Source of the DNA: Clostridia bacterium
Lineage (GTDB): Bacteria; Bacillota; Clostridia; UBA1212
Reading direction: 5' to 3'
Assembly (NCBI GenBank): GCA_017444825.1
Contig: JAFSVU010000020.1
Span: 4,374-68,373 of the forward strand
Length of the DNA stretch: 64,000 nucleotides
This document shows, in pieces, positions 39,905 through 48,752 of the stretch (its first letter is position 1; every line of letters starts with the position of its first letter). The notes below the pieces were generated by a model. The model was not told where the DNA came from. It made no database searches and saw only the letters and a program-made list of their open reading frames with translations. The position numbers and the translations under genes were made by a program.

Positions 39905-39960
39905 TGTTGTTTCAGTATGTAATTTGCACATATCCTTTTTTTGTGCAATCTGCACATATT
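39905..39960. promoter_or_regulatory. Operator-like inverted repeat TTGCACA-N15-TGTGCAA-tc-TGCACA in the divergent promoter region
   Basis: gtaatTTGCACAtatcctttttttGTGCAAtcTGCACAtattc. It lies between the lipoprotein start (39887, minus) and the DUF4091 gene (40066, plus). Confidence 0.3.
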
Positions 39961-40065
39961 CTACAGCTTGACCTCCCTTTTTTCAAGTATAATCATTGCG
40001 CCGAAGAGCCTTATCTGTTAAAATAAAAAACAATTCAAATACACTTCTCCGAAGGAGACCAGGTC

Positions 40066-41709
40066 ATGTTTTACAGAATCGTTTCTTCTCTCGACAAATG
40101 CTTTCCGGATATGAAAGCCGGGGATTTCAAGGAGCTCACCTCCTTTTCGATGCTTCGGAACGAGCGGTATTCTTTTCAGCTCTGTTACGACTCGGAGCCC
40201 GGCACAAATCTTGCATCCGCTCCCACGGAGATATTCATAGAATCACCCTTAAGCGAATACATAAAGCTTTACAAAGTGCGGTGCGTCCCTTCGGAGCACC
40301 CCGTTTCCGCCGGTTTCTACGACGAAAACTACGAGCGCATTAAACCGGGCCTCTTTCCGGACGTGCTGGAACCGATGTCTCCCGGCGAGCGGATCTTAAA
40401 GAGCGACTCTCTCAACGCCATCTGGTTTGAAGTCGACCCCTGCGGCAAAGCCGCGCCGGGAACGTACCCGATCACGGTAAAGCTTCTTTCCCCCGGAAAG
40501 GAAGAGCGGGTCTCCGTAAGCTGTGAGATCATTGGCGCATCTCTTCCGGATACGGATTTTATTTTCACCCAGTGGTTCCACGTGGACTGCCTGAAGGATT
40601 ATTACCTCACCGGGGACTACGACGACAGGCTATGGAAGATCATTGGCGATTTTGCCGCAAACGCAGCGAGATACGGCCAGAATATGATCCTCACGCCGGT
40701 CCTCTCGCCCGAGCTTGACACGTTTCCGTCCATTTACAGGACCAACGTGCAGCTGGCAAAAATAAAGGCGGATAACGGGGTCTACAGCTTCGATTTTTCA
40801 CGCCTCGGGAAGTGGATCGCCCTTTGCGAAGAAAAAGGTATCAAATATTTTGAGATCAACCACCTCTTCTCCCAGTGGGGCGCCGCGAAATGTCCTCAGG
40901 TCTGGGCTGTCAAAGACGGGGTGTATCAGAGAATCTTCGGCTGGGAAAACGATGCGGACAGCGAGGAGTACATTGGTTTTTTGAAGCAGTTCCTGCCTGC
41001 CCTCGTAAGATACCTTAAGAGAAAAAAGGTGCTTGACAGGTGCTTTTTCCACATATCCGACGAGCCGAATATCACCATGCTTGAGCACTACGGTAGGCTC
41101 GCATCCGTCGTAAAGCCTCTTCTCTCCGGAAGACCCGTGATGGACGCCCTGTCCGATTACGATTTTTACGAGAAGGGTATCTGCGACATTCCGATACCGT
41201 CGAACGATCACATTGGTCCGTTTATCGAGCACAAGGTGCCGGGCCTTTGGACGTATTACTGCTGCGGTCAGTGGAAGGACGTTTCCAACAGGTATTTTTC
41301 TATGCCCTCCGCCAGAAACCGTGCCATTGGCGTCCAGTTCTGGAAGTTCAACATCAAGGGATTTTTGCAGTGGGGGTATAACTTCTACAATTCCTTCCTT
41401 TCGTTTACAAAGATCAATCCGTTCCTCACCACAGACGGCGACGGCTTCGTGCCCTCGGGAGATACCTGTTCCGTGTACCCGGGCCGTGAGGAGACTCCCC
41501 TCCCTTCCCTCCGCGAAGTTGTGTTTTTCGACGCTCTTCAGGACATGAGGGCCCTATACCTGCTGGAGAGCTTCATCGGGAAAGACGCCGCGCTGGCCAT
41601 TGTGGAGAACGGTATCGAGCCCGTCTTATTCAACAGATTCCCGTATAGCAGAGATTTCGTTCTGGGCCTTAGAGAAAGGATCAACGCCGAAATCAAAAAA
41701 CATATTTGA
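40066..41709 (+). CDS. DUF4091-like putative glycoside hydrolase (GH123-like, DE catalytic pair in HISDEP)
   Basis: 547 aa, no signal peptide. FHISDEPN contains an Asp-Glu pair like the GH123/GH20 retaining hexosaminidase catalytic dyad. Assignment from memory of family signatures. Confidence 0.5.
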   Translation: MFYRIVSSLDKCFPDMKAGDFKELTSFSMLRNERYSFQLCYDSEPGTNLASAPTEIFIESPLSEYIKLYKVRCVPSEHPVSAGFYDENYERIKPGLFPDVLEPMSPGERILKSDSLNAIWFEVDPCGKAAPGTYPITVKLLSPGKEERVSVSCEIIGASLPDTDFIFTQWFHVDCLKDYYLTGDYDDRLWKIIGDFAANAARYGQNMILTPVLSPELDTFPSIYRTNVQLAKIKADNGVYSFDFSRLGKWIALCEEKGIKYFEINHLFSQWGAAKCPQVWAVKDGVYQRIFGWENDADSEEYIGFLKQFLPALVRYLKRKKVLDRCFFHISDEPNITMLEHYGRLASVVKPLLSGRPVMDALSDYDFYEKGICDIPIPSNDHIGPFIEHKVPGLWTYYCCGQWKDVSNRYFSMPSARNRAIGVQFWKFNIKGFLQWGYNFYNSFLSFTKINPFLTTDGDGFVPSGDTCSVYPGREETPLPSLREVVFFDALQDMRALYLLESFIGKDAALAIVENGIEPVLFNRFPYSRDFVLGLRERINAEIKKHI

Positions 41710-41722
41710 AGGAGATAAACCA

Positions 41723-43579
41723 ATGTCACCGTTCCAGTTTAAAACCGACGATCTGTCAGTATCATACGACCCCGAGACCCTTTCTCTGACCGCCGCCTCC
41801 GGCGGAGAGACCTGGAGGACCAAACCGGGCTCCGAAACTTATATCGTATCCCGAAAATTCGGGAACATTCCCTTCGCCTCCGCAAAATGCGAAGCCTCAG
41901 CTTACAAAACAGGCACCGTTTCGGGGGTAAAGGCGGTCTACACCTTCGAGGAGAGCGGCATCACGGCCGTCACCTACGTATTTGCCGAAGGATATGACGA
42001 CACACTCCACTGCGAATTTTTCCTGAAGGGAGACATTTCCTCCGACGTAAGGGCCGTCTACTGGCCTGCGCCCCTTGAGTTTAACGCGGACGACGGCTGC
42101 ACCGTACTTCCCAAGATGCAGGGAGTCCTTCTTCCCGCAAAGTGGGACGGGAAGGTTCCGAACTTTCAGAACTGGCAGATGCTGTCGAGAGATTTTTACA
42201 TGCCATTTGCCGGCCAGGTCAGAAACGGCTCCGGCTGCATGATGATATTTGAGACACCCTGGGACGCAAACTGCTTCGTGGACCACATCCCCGGAGGCGA
42301 CACCACACTGGTTCCCTACTGGAGACCGTCTCTCGGCCACTACTCGGCGCATGACAAGAGAAAGCTCAGCTACCGCTTCCCGAAAAATGCCGATTACAAT
42401 CTTTTTGCGAAAATTTACAGAAAATACGTGTGCGAGCACGGCGATTTTGTAACGCTCCGCCAGAAGGCAGAAACCAATCCCAACGTATCCTACATGACGG
42501 GTACGCCGGTCTACATTGACGGCATATGCACCATGATACACCCGGACTCGGAAGCCTACGACAAGGCCCACCCCGAAAGAAACACCCACGTGTGCAGGTT
42601 CGAGACCGTTGGCGAAAGGCTCGACATGCTGAAAAAGGAAGGCTTTGAGAAGATCTACCTCCATCTGGACGGATGGGGAAAGATGGGCTACGACAGGCTC
42701 CACCCGGACGTATTCCCGCCCTGCCCCGAGGCCGGCGGCGCTGAAGGCATGAAGGACCTTAGCGACAGGTGCAGAGAGCTGGGCTACAGGTTCGGTATCC
42801 ACGACCAGTTCAGGGATTACTATTTCGAGGCGGAGACGTTTGACATGGACAACGTGGCGGTGGACGAGGCCGGCGGCTATGAGTGCTACAACGTGTGGTG
42901 CGGCGGTCCCCAGACCTTTATGTGCCCCGAGCTCAGTCCCCAGTACGTCCGCAGGAACTACGCCACCTTCGACAGCCTCGGCATAGGCATCGACGGCACG
43001 TACCTTGACGTGTTCTCGGTGGTAGATCTTGACGAGTGCTTTAACGAGAAACATACGGTGACAAGAAAAGACTGTGTAAAATACCGCAGAGAGTGCTATG
43101 ATTTTCTGAACAAAAAAGGTATAATCACATCTTCGGAGGAGGCTGTTGACGCAGTTCTTCCCTCGTTTGTGCTCTGCCACCACGCGCCCTTCGCCGTTGA
43201 CGAGCTTTCGTCCTCCACCGGCAAGGCTGTGGGCATTCCGATACCGCTGTTCACGTTGGTTTATCACGAGTGTTTGATCGTGCCCTGGTTCGGCATCGAT
43301 AAAAAAGGCGGCTGGCACATTCCGATCACGGACAGCGGCTACCTCTACGCACTTCTTACGGGCGGCACAGTTTACGTATGGCCGGGCATGACGAAGGAGG
43401 AGCGCAGACGGGCGGATATCGCATTGGCGCTTCAGGCCGAGGTCTGGGACAAGGAGCTTGTCTCCCATGAGTTTATTGACGGAAACCCCCGCAGACAGCG
43501 TTCGACGTTCGCGGGCGGCACTACAGTTACAGTTGATTTTGAAACGGAGGAATTTAGTATAAGCCATGCTTCCAATTGA
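41723..43579 (+). CDS. Cytoplasmic glycoside-hydrolase-like protein, paralog of the 909-aa membrane protein (uncharacterised family)
   Basis: GGAG RBS then ATG 41723 (MSPFQFKTDD...). Motifs LHLDGWGKMGYD, GGAEGMKDL and PLFTLVYHE are shared with CDS 4740-7469. Confidence 0.55.
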   Translation: MSPFQFKTDDLSVSYDPETLSLTAASGGETWRTKPGSETYIVSRKFGNIPFASAKCEASAYKTGTVSGVKAVYTFEESGITAVTYVFAEGYDDTLHCEFFLKGDISSDVRAVYWPAPLEFNADDGCTVLPKMQGVLLPAKWDGKVPNFQNWQMLSRDFYMPFAGQVRNGSGCMMIFETPWDANCFVDHIPGGDTTLVPYWRPSLGHYSAHDKRKLSYRFPKNADYNLFAKIYRKYVCEHGDFVTLRQKAETNPNVSYMTGTPVYIDGICTMIHPDSEAYDKAHPERNTHVCRFETVGERLDMLKKEGFEKIYLHLDGWGKMGYDRLHPDVFPPCPEAGGAEGMKDLSDRCRELGYRFGIHDQFRDYYFEAETFDMDNVAVDEAGGYECYNVWCGGPQTFMCPELSPQYVRRNYATFDSLGIGIDGTYLDVFSVVDLDECFNEKHTVTRKDCVKYRRECYDFLNKKGIITSSEEAVDAVLPSFVLCHHAPFAVDELSSSTGKAVGIPIPLFTLVYHECLIVPWFGIDKKGGWHIPITDSGYLYALLTGGTVYVWPGMTKEERRRADIALALQAEVWDKELVSHEFIDGNPRRQRSTFAGGTTVTVDFETEEFSISHASN

Positions 43580-44693
43580 TGTTATTAAAGGATTTTACAC
43601 TGATATCGAAAACTACGACGCCCTTGATATAACCAAAATCGAGAGCGGCCACATTAACAGGACCTACGAGGTCAAGGACAGGACACTTGCGGGCACGTAC
43701 CGGGGCCACTACATTTTTCAGCGCATCAACACGTCCATCTTCAAGAACCCTGTGGGGCTCATGAACAATATCATGCTGGTGACGGAGCATGCCGCAGCCA
43801 GCGCAATTGCCGCGGGAAAGGATCCGAAGGTATCGACGCTCACGCTCATGAAGTCGGTGCAGGACAAGGTATATTACGTCGACAGCGAGGGGTATTATTG
43901 GCGCTGCTATCTGTTCCTTCCCAATTCCATCAACCTTGACGTGGTGGAGGTCACGCCGGGAACTTACGTTCAGGCCGGCGGCGCATTGGCGGATTTTCAG
44001 AGAATGCTGGCGGATTTCGACGCGTCTCTCCTCTGCGAAGTCATTCCGGGCTTCCACGACACGAGAAACAGGTTCAAAAATCTCAAGAAGGCCATCGAAG
44101 AGAACAGGTCGGGCCGGGCTGCAAACGCCAAGGCGGAGATCGAATATGCCCTTTCCCTTGAAGGTATCACAGGCACTATAGTCGACCGCCTGCGGGACGG
44201 CAGGCTGCCTCTCCGCGTGACCCACAACGACACCAAGCTCAGCAACATCATGATCGACAATGACACCCACGAAGTAATGTGCCTGATCGATCTCGACACT
44301 GTCATGCCGGGCAGCGCCCTTTACGATTTCGGCGACGCTCTCAGGGCTGGGGGCTCCTCTGCAGCGGAGGACGAGGCTGATCTCTCCAAGGTCAACTTCC
44401 TCGAACTCAACTTCGAGAAATATTGCGAGGGCTACATCGGCGGCGCCAAGGACTTCCTCACGGACGAGGAGCTGAGCCTGCTTCCGGAGTCTGCGGCCAT
44501 ACTCACATATGAGTGCGGCATCAGGTTCCTGTCGGATTACCTTGACGGCGACACATATTTCTCCACAAAGTACCCTGAGCACAATCTGGTGAGGGCCAGA
44601 AACCAGTTTAAGCTGGTGAAGGACGTGCTGGGGAATCTGGAGAGGCTGCACGGGATCGTTGAAAAGGTAATGGTTAAAGGAGTGCCGCACTAA
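43566..44693 (+). CDS. nahK: N-acetylhexosamine 1-kinase (NahK/LnpB-like, APH-fold)
   Basis: PLRVTHNDTKLSNIMID, IDLDTVMPGSALYDFGD and YFSTKYPEHNLVRARNQFKLV closely match my recollection of Bifidobacterium NahK. Overlaps the upstream gene by 14 nt. Confidence 0.7.
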   Translation: MLPIDVIKGFYTDIENYDALDITKIESGHINRTYEVKDRTLAGTYRGHYIFQRINTSIFKNPVGLMNNIMLVTEHAAASAIAAGKDPKVSTLTLMKSVQDKVYYVDSEGYYWRCYLFLPNSINLDVVEVTPGTYVQAGGALADFQRMLADFDASLLCEVIPGFHDTRNRFKNLKKAIEENRSGRAANAKAEIEYALSLEGITGTIVDRLRDGRLPLRVTHNDTKLSNIMIDNDTHEVMCLIDLDTVMPGSALYDFGDALRAGGSSAAEDEADLSKVNFLELNFEKYCEGYIGGAKDFLTDEELSLLPESAAILTYECGIRFLSDYLDGDTYFSTKYPEHNLVRARNQFKLVKDVLGNLERLHGIVEKVMVKGVPH

Positions 44694-44832
44694 GTTAAAG
44701 CGGTGCCGGACAAAGTAATAAGTAATAGGTAAAAGGTAAGAAGTAATAGCTTTAGGGAGTGCCGCTCAGGTAATAAGTAATAGGTAATAGGTAAAAGGTA
44801 ATAGGTAAAATTCAGTAAATATAGGTAAAAAG
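44684..44832. repeat. Structured intergenic repeat locus E
   Basis: GGAGTGCCGCactaagTTAAAGCGGTGCCGGACaaaGTAATAAGTAATAGGTAAAAGGTAAGAAG...GGGAGTGCCGCTCAGGTAATAAGTAATAGGTAATAGGTAAAAGGTAATAGGTAAAA. Confidence 0.8.
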
Positions 44833-44845
44833 TAACAGGTGGGAA

Positions 44846-45757
44846 ATGAGCAGGATATTGAATTTCGGGTCGCTGAACGTTGATTACGTTTATCACGTGG
44901 ACCATTTTGTGGCGCCGGGAGAGACCATTGCGTCGACGGCAAGGGACGTAAACTGCGGAGGCAAAGGTCTCAATCAGAGTATCGCATTGGCGGCGTCCGG
45001 AGCGACCGTTATGCACGCCGGAATGATCGGGTCTGACGGTAAAATGCTAACGGACCTTCTCTCTTCCGCGGGCGTCAGCACAGCTCTTGTGGACATCTCG
45101 GACGGTCCCTCGGGGCATGCGATAATTCAGGTCGACAAAAACGGCCAGAACTCCATCATTCTCTTCCCCGGCGCAAACCACGAGATCACCCCCGAAATGA
45201 TAACCTGCGTCTTCAGCCACCTGGAGGAAGGCGACACAGTTGTCCTTCAGAACGAGATCAGCCGCATCCCGGAGATCATGACCTTCGCCAAAACTTCGGG
45301 CATAAGGATCGTTTTCAACCCTTCCCCCGTGACCCCCGAGCTGTTCGACTACCCTCTGGAACTGGTGTCGCTTTTTGTGCTTAATGAGATCGAAGCGGCC
45401 GCCCTCTCGGGAACCGACGACTTTGCGCAAATGCCTGATGCCCTCAGGGAGAGATTCCCGGATGCGGATTTCCTCCTCACCTTCGGCACCCACGGCGCGG
45501 TCTTCATAACCAATGACACCGTCATTAAATACGGCATCCACAAGGCTCCAGTTGTCGACACCACTGCCGCAGGGGACACGATACTCGGTTTCTTCACGGG
45601 ACTTACCGCGGAAGGCATGGAGCCCGAAAAAGCTCTCCGGCTTGCCACAAAAGCCGCATCGGTCACAGTCTCAAGGAAAGGGGCCGCTCCATCGATACCG
45701 ACTTTGGATGAAGCGGAGGCTTGCGATTTCCCGTACGTGCCCTTCGACCTTTTCTGA
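44846..45757 (+). CDS. PfkB-family sugar kinase (ribokinase-like)
   Basis: N-terminal GG motif region VNCGGKGLNQ. DTTAAGD anion-hole motif. Confidence 0.8.
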   Translation: MSRILNFGSLNVDYVYHVDHFVAPGETIASTARDVNCGGKGLNQSIALAASGATVMHAGMIGSDGKMLTDLLSSAGVSTALVDISDGPSGHAIIQVDKNGQNSIILFPGANHEITPEMITCVFSHLEEGDTVVLQNEISRIPEIMTFAKTSGIRIVFNPSPVTPELFDYPLELVSLFVLNEIEAAALSGTDDFAQMPDALRERFPDADFLLTFGTHGAVFITNDTVIKYGIHKAPVVDTTAAGDTILGFFTGLTAEGMEPEKALRLATKAASVTVSRKGAAPSIPTLDEAEACDFPYVPFDLF

Positions 45758-45814
45758 TCGTTCCTTTTTCATTTCACCCGCAAGAACTGTGCCGTGCCCG
45801 GCACACCGTCAAAA

Positions 45815-45861
45815 CGCCTCCGGAGCCACTATGGCGAAGGAGGCGTTTCGGTTTATCACAT
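45815..45861. terminator. Bidirectional stem-loops between convergent ribokinase-like and GtrA genes
   Basis: GTGCCG-tgcc-CGGCAC and AAACGCCTCC...GGAGGCGTTT (10-bp stem). Confidence 0.4.
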
Positions 45862-45871
45862 TGGCTATTGT

Positions 45872-46384
45872 TTATTCCTTGGGTTCGTCTTTTGGCGCAT
45901 CGGTTTCGGGCTTTTTGAAGGCAAAGAAACGCTGACCGAAGTAGTTCAGGATCACAAAGAGGCCTGCGCCCACAAGGGTCGCAACGTAGCCGACGTAACC
46001 CGGCACTTCCACGTTCTGCCATGGGAATATCCAGGTGCCCGTGAAAATGAGGGTGACCAGGGGCTTGGCGACGCCGTAGGCGACTATCCAGCAGACGATG
46101 ATATTGGCGATGAAGCGGAGAACCTCTGCGAAGCTTTTTGCGTTACTCTTAAACGTGAAATACTTGTTGAGGAAAAAGCTCAGGATGCTGCCGATCACGT
46201 AATTCCCGGCGGAGGCGATCCAGTAGGATGCATTGTCGGAAAGGCCCCACCTTGGCAGGAGAAACAGAAGAAGGTAGTTCACGCCAAGGCCCACAACCGT
46301 GTTGAGGACGCCCACCAGCACAAATCTCCAGAAGGTCTTATCCAGCACTGTTTTCTGAAAAAATTTTTTGATCAGCTCTTTCAT
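45872..46384 (-). CDS. GtrA-family membrane protein
   Basis: 170 aa, 4 TM. FVLVGVLNTVVGLGVNYLL is typical of GtrA. Confidence 0.7.
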   Translation of the reverse strand: MKELIKKFFQKTVLDKTFWRFVLVGVLNTVVGLGVNYLLLFLLPRWGLSDNASYWIASAGNYVIGSILSFFLNKYFTFKSNAKSFAEVLRFIANIIVCWIVAYGVAKPLVTLIFTGTWIFPWQNVEVPGYVGYVATLVGAGLFVILNYFGQRFFAFKKPETDAPKDEPKE

Positions 46385-46540
46385 GGCGGCTCCTTTGGTT
46401 TTTGGAATGCTTTCGCACTAAAATCATACACCAAAGAGATCTGTTTGGCAATACGGTTGACAGAGGCCCTCTTTGATAATAAAATAATTCTTTAACTGTC
46501 GGAAGCCTTGGGATCAAGTCCTTAAGGAGCCGAAAAACCT

Positions 46541-48664
46541 GTGAAGAAGGGTATTGACATGGGAGAAAAAGCAGTAAATATTCCCGAAATTTTCGGAAGT
46601 CTTGTGTTTAACGACAAGGAGATGCGGGAGCGTCTGCCCGAGGATATCTATGCCTCACTGCAGAAGACCCTGAGTGAAGGCGGCGAGATCGAGAAAGACG
46701 TCGCCAATGCAGTCGCATCCGCTCTCAAAGACTGGGCGATTTCAAAAGGGGCCACCCACTTTACCCATTGGTTCCAGCCCATGACAGGCATCACTGCGGA
46801 AAAACATGACAGCTTCATCACGGCAATGCCGGGCGGCACCGCCATAATGGAGTTCAGCGGCAAATCCCTCATCAAGGGCGAGCCCGACGCGTCCTCCTTC
46901 CCTTCGGGCGGCCTGAGAGCCACCTTCGAGGCCCGTGGCTACACCTCATGGGATCCCACGTCCTCCGCATTCATAAAAGACAACTGTCTCTGCATTCCCA
47001 CCGTCTTCCGTTCATTCAGCGGCGAGGTCCTGGATATGAAGACCCCCCTGCTCCGCTCAATGGAACTGATCAACACGGAAGCGCTGAGGATACTGAGGCT
47101 CTTTGATATAAACGACGTCACCAAAGTCACACCGACAGTGGGCCCCGAGCAGGAATATTTCCTCGTGGACAGAAAAATGGCCGAGCGAAGACGCGACCTG
47201 ATGCTCACGGGCAGAACTCTCTTCGGGGCAAAGCCCCCAAAGGGACAGGAGCTGGCAGACCATTACTTCGGCTCTCTCCGCCCAAGGGTAAGGGAGTTTA
47301 TGCAGGAGCTTAACGAGGAGCTCTGGAAGCTTGGCGTTTACGCAAAGACCGAGCACAACGAGGCGGCCCCCGCTCAGCACGAGCTGGCCCCCATATTCGT
47401 GGCCGCAAACCTTGCCGCCGATCACAACCAGCTGACCATGGAGAAGATGAAGATCATTGCCGAAAACCACGGCCTCCTGTGTCTCCTCCACGAAAAGCCC
47501 TTTGAAGGCGTAAACGGCTCCGGCAAGCACAACAACTGGTCCCTCGAGACCGATACCGGGAATAATCTGCTCCGTCCGGGCCACGACCCTGCGGGCAACA
47601 AGCTCTTCCTTCTCATGCTGGTCGCAGTCATCAGCGCGGTACACAAGCATCAGGACCTGCTGCGCATTGCCGTCGCCTCAGCCTCCAACGACAACCGTCT
47701 GGGCGGCAACGAGGCACCTCCCGCCATCGTATCCATGTTCATAGGCAGCGACCTGGAGGGTATACTTAACTCAATGGCAGGCATCGCGCCAATGCCCTCC
47801 GCCGAGGTCTCCCGGAAGCTGGACTCCGGCGTAAAGTCACTTCCCAACATCAACAGGGACAAGACCGACCGCAACCGCACCTCGCCCTTCGCTTTCACCG
47901 GCAACAAATTTGAGTTCCGTATGCTGGGTTCCAGCCTCTCCGTTGCCGAAACCAACGTGATTATAAACACAATCGTTGCCGACGAGCTGCGCTCCTTCGC
48001 AGAGGTCATTGAAGCCGCTCCAGACCGCGCAGCAGCCATCGATGAGGTCATAGTGTCAAAATACAGGGAACACTCCGCCGTCATATTTAACGGTAACAAT
48101 TACGACCCCGGCTGGAGCGAGGAAGCCAAGCACCGTGGACTTCTAAACCTTCCCACCACGCCCGACGCCCTCCCCTACCTTACTTCGGAGGAGAACATTG
48201 GTTTGTTCGCGAGAAATCACGTCTATTCAGAGACCGAGCTTGTGAGCCGTCAGGAGATCCTGTACGATAAATACGAAAAAGACATACTCATCGAAGCCAA
48301 CACCATGATAGAGATGGCCTCCCGTCAGATCCTTCCGGGTGTGATCGAAAATCTGAACGTGCTCCTCGGCACGTTGAAATCGAGGCACGATATCGGTCTT
48401 CCCACGTCGCTTAACGCAGAGCGGCTGCTCATCGAGAAGATCGACCCCCTCGCCAAGGCCATGGTCAATGCCATCGACAGCCTCCGCAGCACCGTTGACG
48501 CCTGCTCGGAGCTGGCCCACGCAAAAGACAAGGCGGATTTCTGCCGCGACCGGGTGATACCGGCGATGAAGGAGCTCCGCACCGTAAGCGACAGCCTGGA
48601 GGAGATCACAGGGGAATATTACTGGCCCTTCCCGACCTACGCGGACCTGCTCTACGGAGTCTGA
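46541..48664 (+). CDS. glnN: Glutamine synthetase type III
   Basis: 707 aa. WAISKGATHFTHWFQPMTGITAEKHDSFI and GSGKHNNWSL match GSIII. Start GTG 46541 after AAGGAG, or ATG 46559. Confidence 0.85.
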   Translation: MKKGIDMGEKAVNIPEIFGSLVFNDKEMRERLPEDIYASLQKTLSEGGEIEKDVANAVASALKDWAISKGATHFTHWFQPMTGITAEKHDSFITAMPGGTAIMEFSGKSLIKGEPDASSFPSGGLRATFEARGYTSWDPTSSAFIKDNCLCIPTVFRSFSGEVLDMKTPLLRSMELINTEALRILRLFDINDVTKVTPTVGPEQEYFLVDRKMAERRRDLMLTGRTLFGAKPPKGQELADHYFGSLRPRVREFMQELNEELWKLGVYAKTEHNEAAPAQHELAPIFVAANLAADHNQLTMEKMKIIAENHGLLCLLHEKPFEGVNGSGKHNNWSLETDTGNNLLRPGHDPAGNKLFLLMLVAVISAVHKHQDLLRIAVASASNDNRLGGNEAPPAIVSMFIGSDLEGILNSMAGIAPMPSAEVSRKLDSGVKSLPNINRDKTDRNRTSPFAFTGNKFEFRMLGSSLSVAETNVIINTIVADELRSFAEVIEAAPDRAAAIDEVIVSKYREHSAVIFNGNNYDPGWSEEAKHRGLLNLPTTPDALPYLTSEENIGLFARNHVYSETELVSRQEILYDKYEKDILIEANTMIEMASRQILPGVIENLNVLLGTLKSRHDIGLPTSLNAERLLIEKIDPLAKAMVNAIDSLRSTVDACSELAHAKDKADFCRDRVIPAMKELRTVSDSLEEITGEYYWPFPTYADLLYGV

Positions 48665-48691
48665 TATGGCTTTAAAGTACGTAAACCAGCC

Positions 48692-48745
48692 GCGGCAGGA
48701 AGCCTCATCGGGGCCCTGCCGCGGCTGGTTTCATTTTTTCTAAAT
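48692..48745. terminator. Strong bidirectional intrinsic terminator
   Basis: aaccagccgcggcagg...cctgccgcggctggtt followed by TCATTTTTTC. Confidence 0.8.
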
Positions 48746-48752
48746 ATAATGA

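Noticed and set aside
41897-43567. 556-aa minus-strand ORF and 43554-44690 minus ORF
   Set aside because: Antisense to the GH-like paralog and nahK, which have motif-level support.
44690-45016. 108-aa minus ORF (and 21822-22234 plus ORFs) inside repeat loci
   Set aside because: Reading frames created by the heptad repeats (Leu/Thr/Tyr-rich). No RBS.
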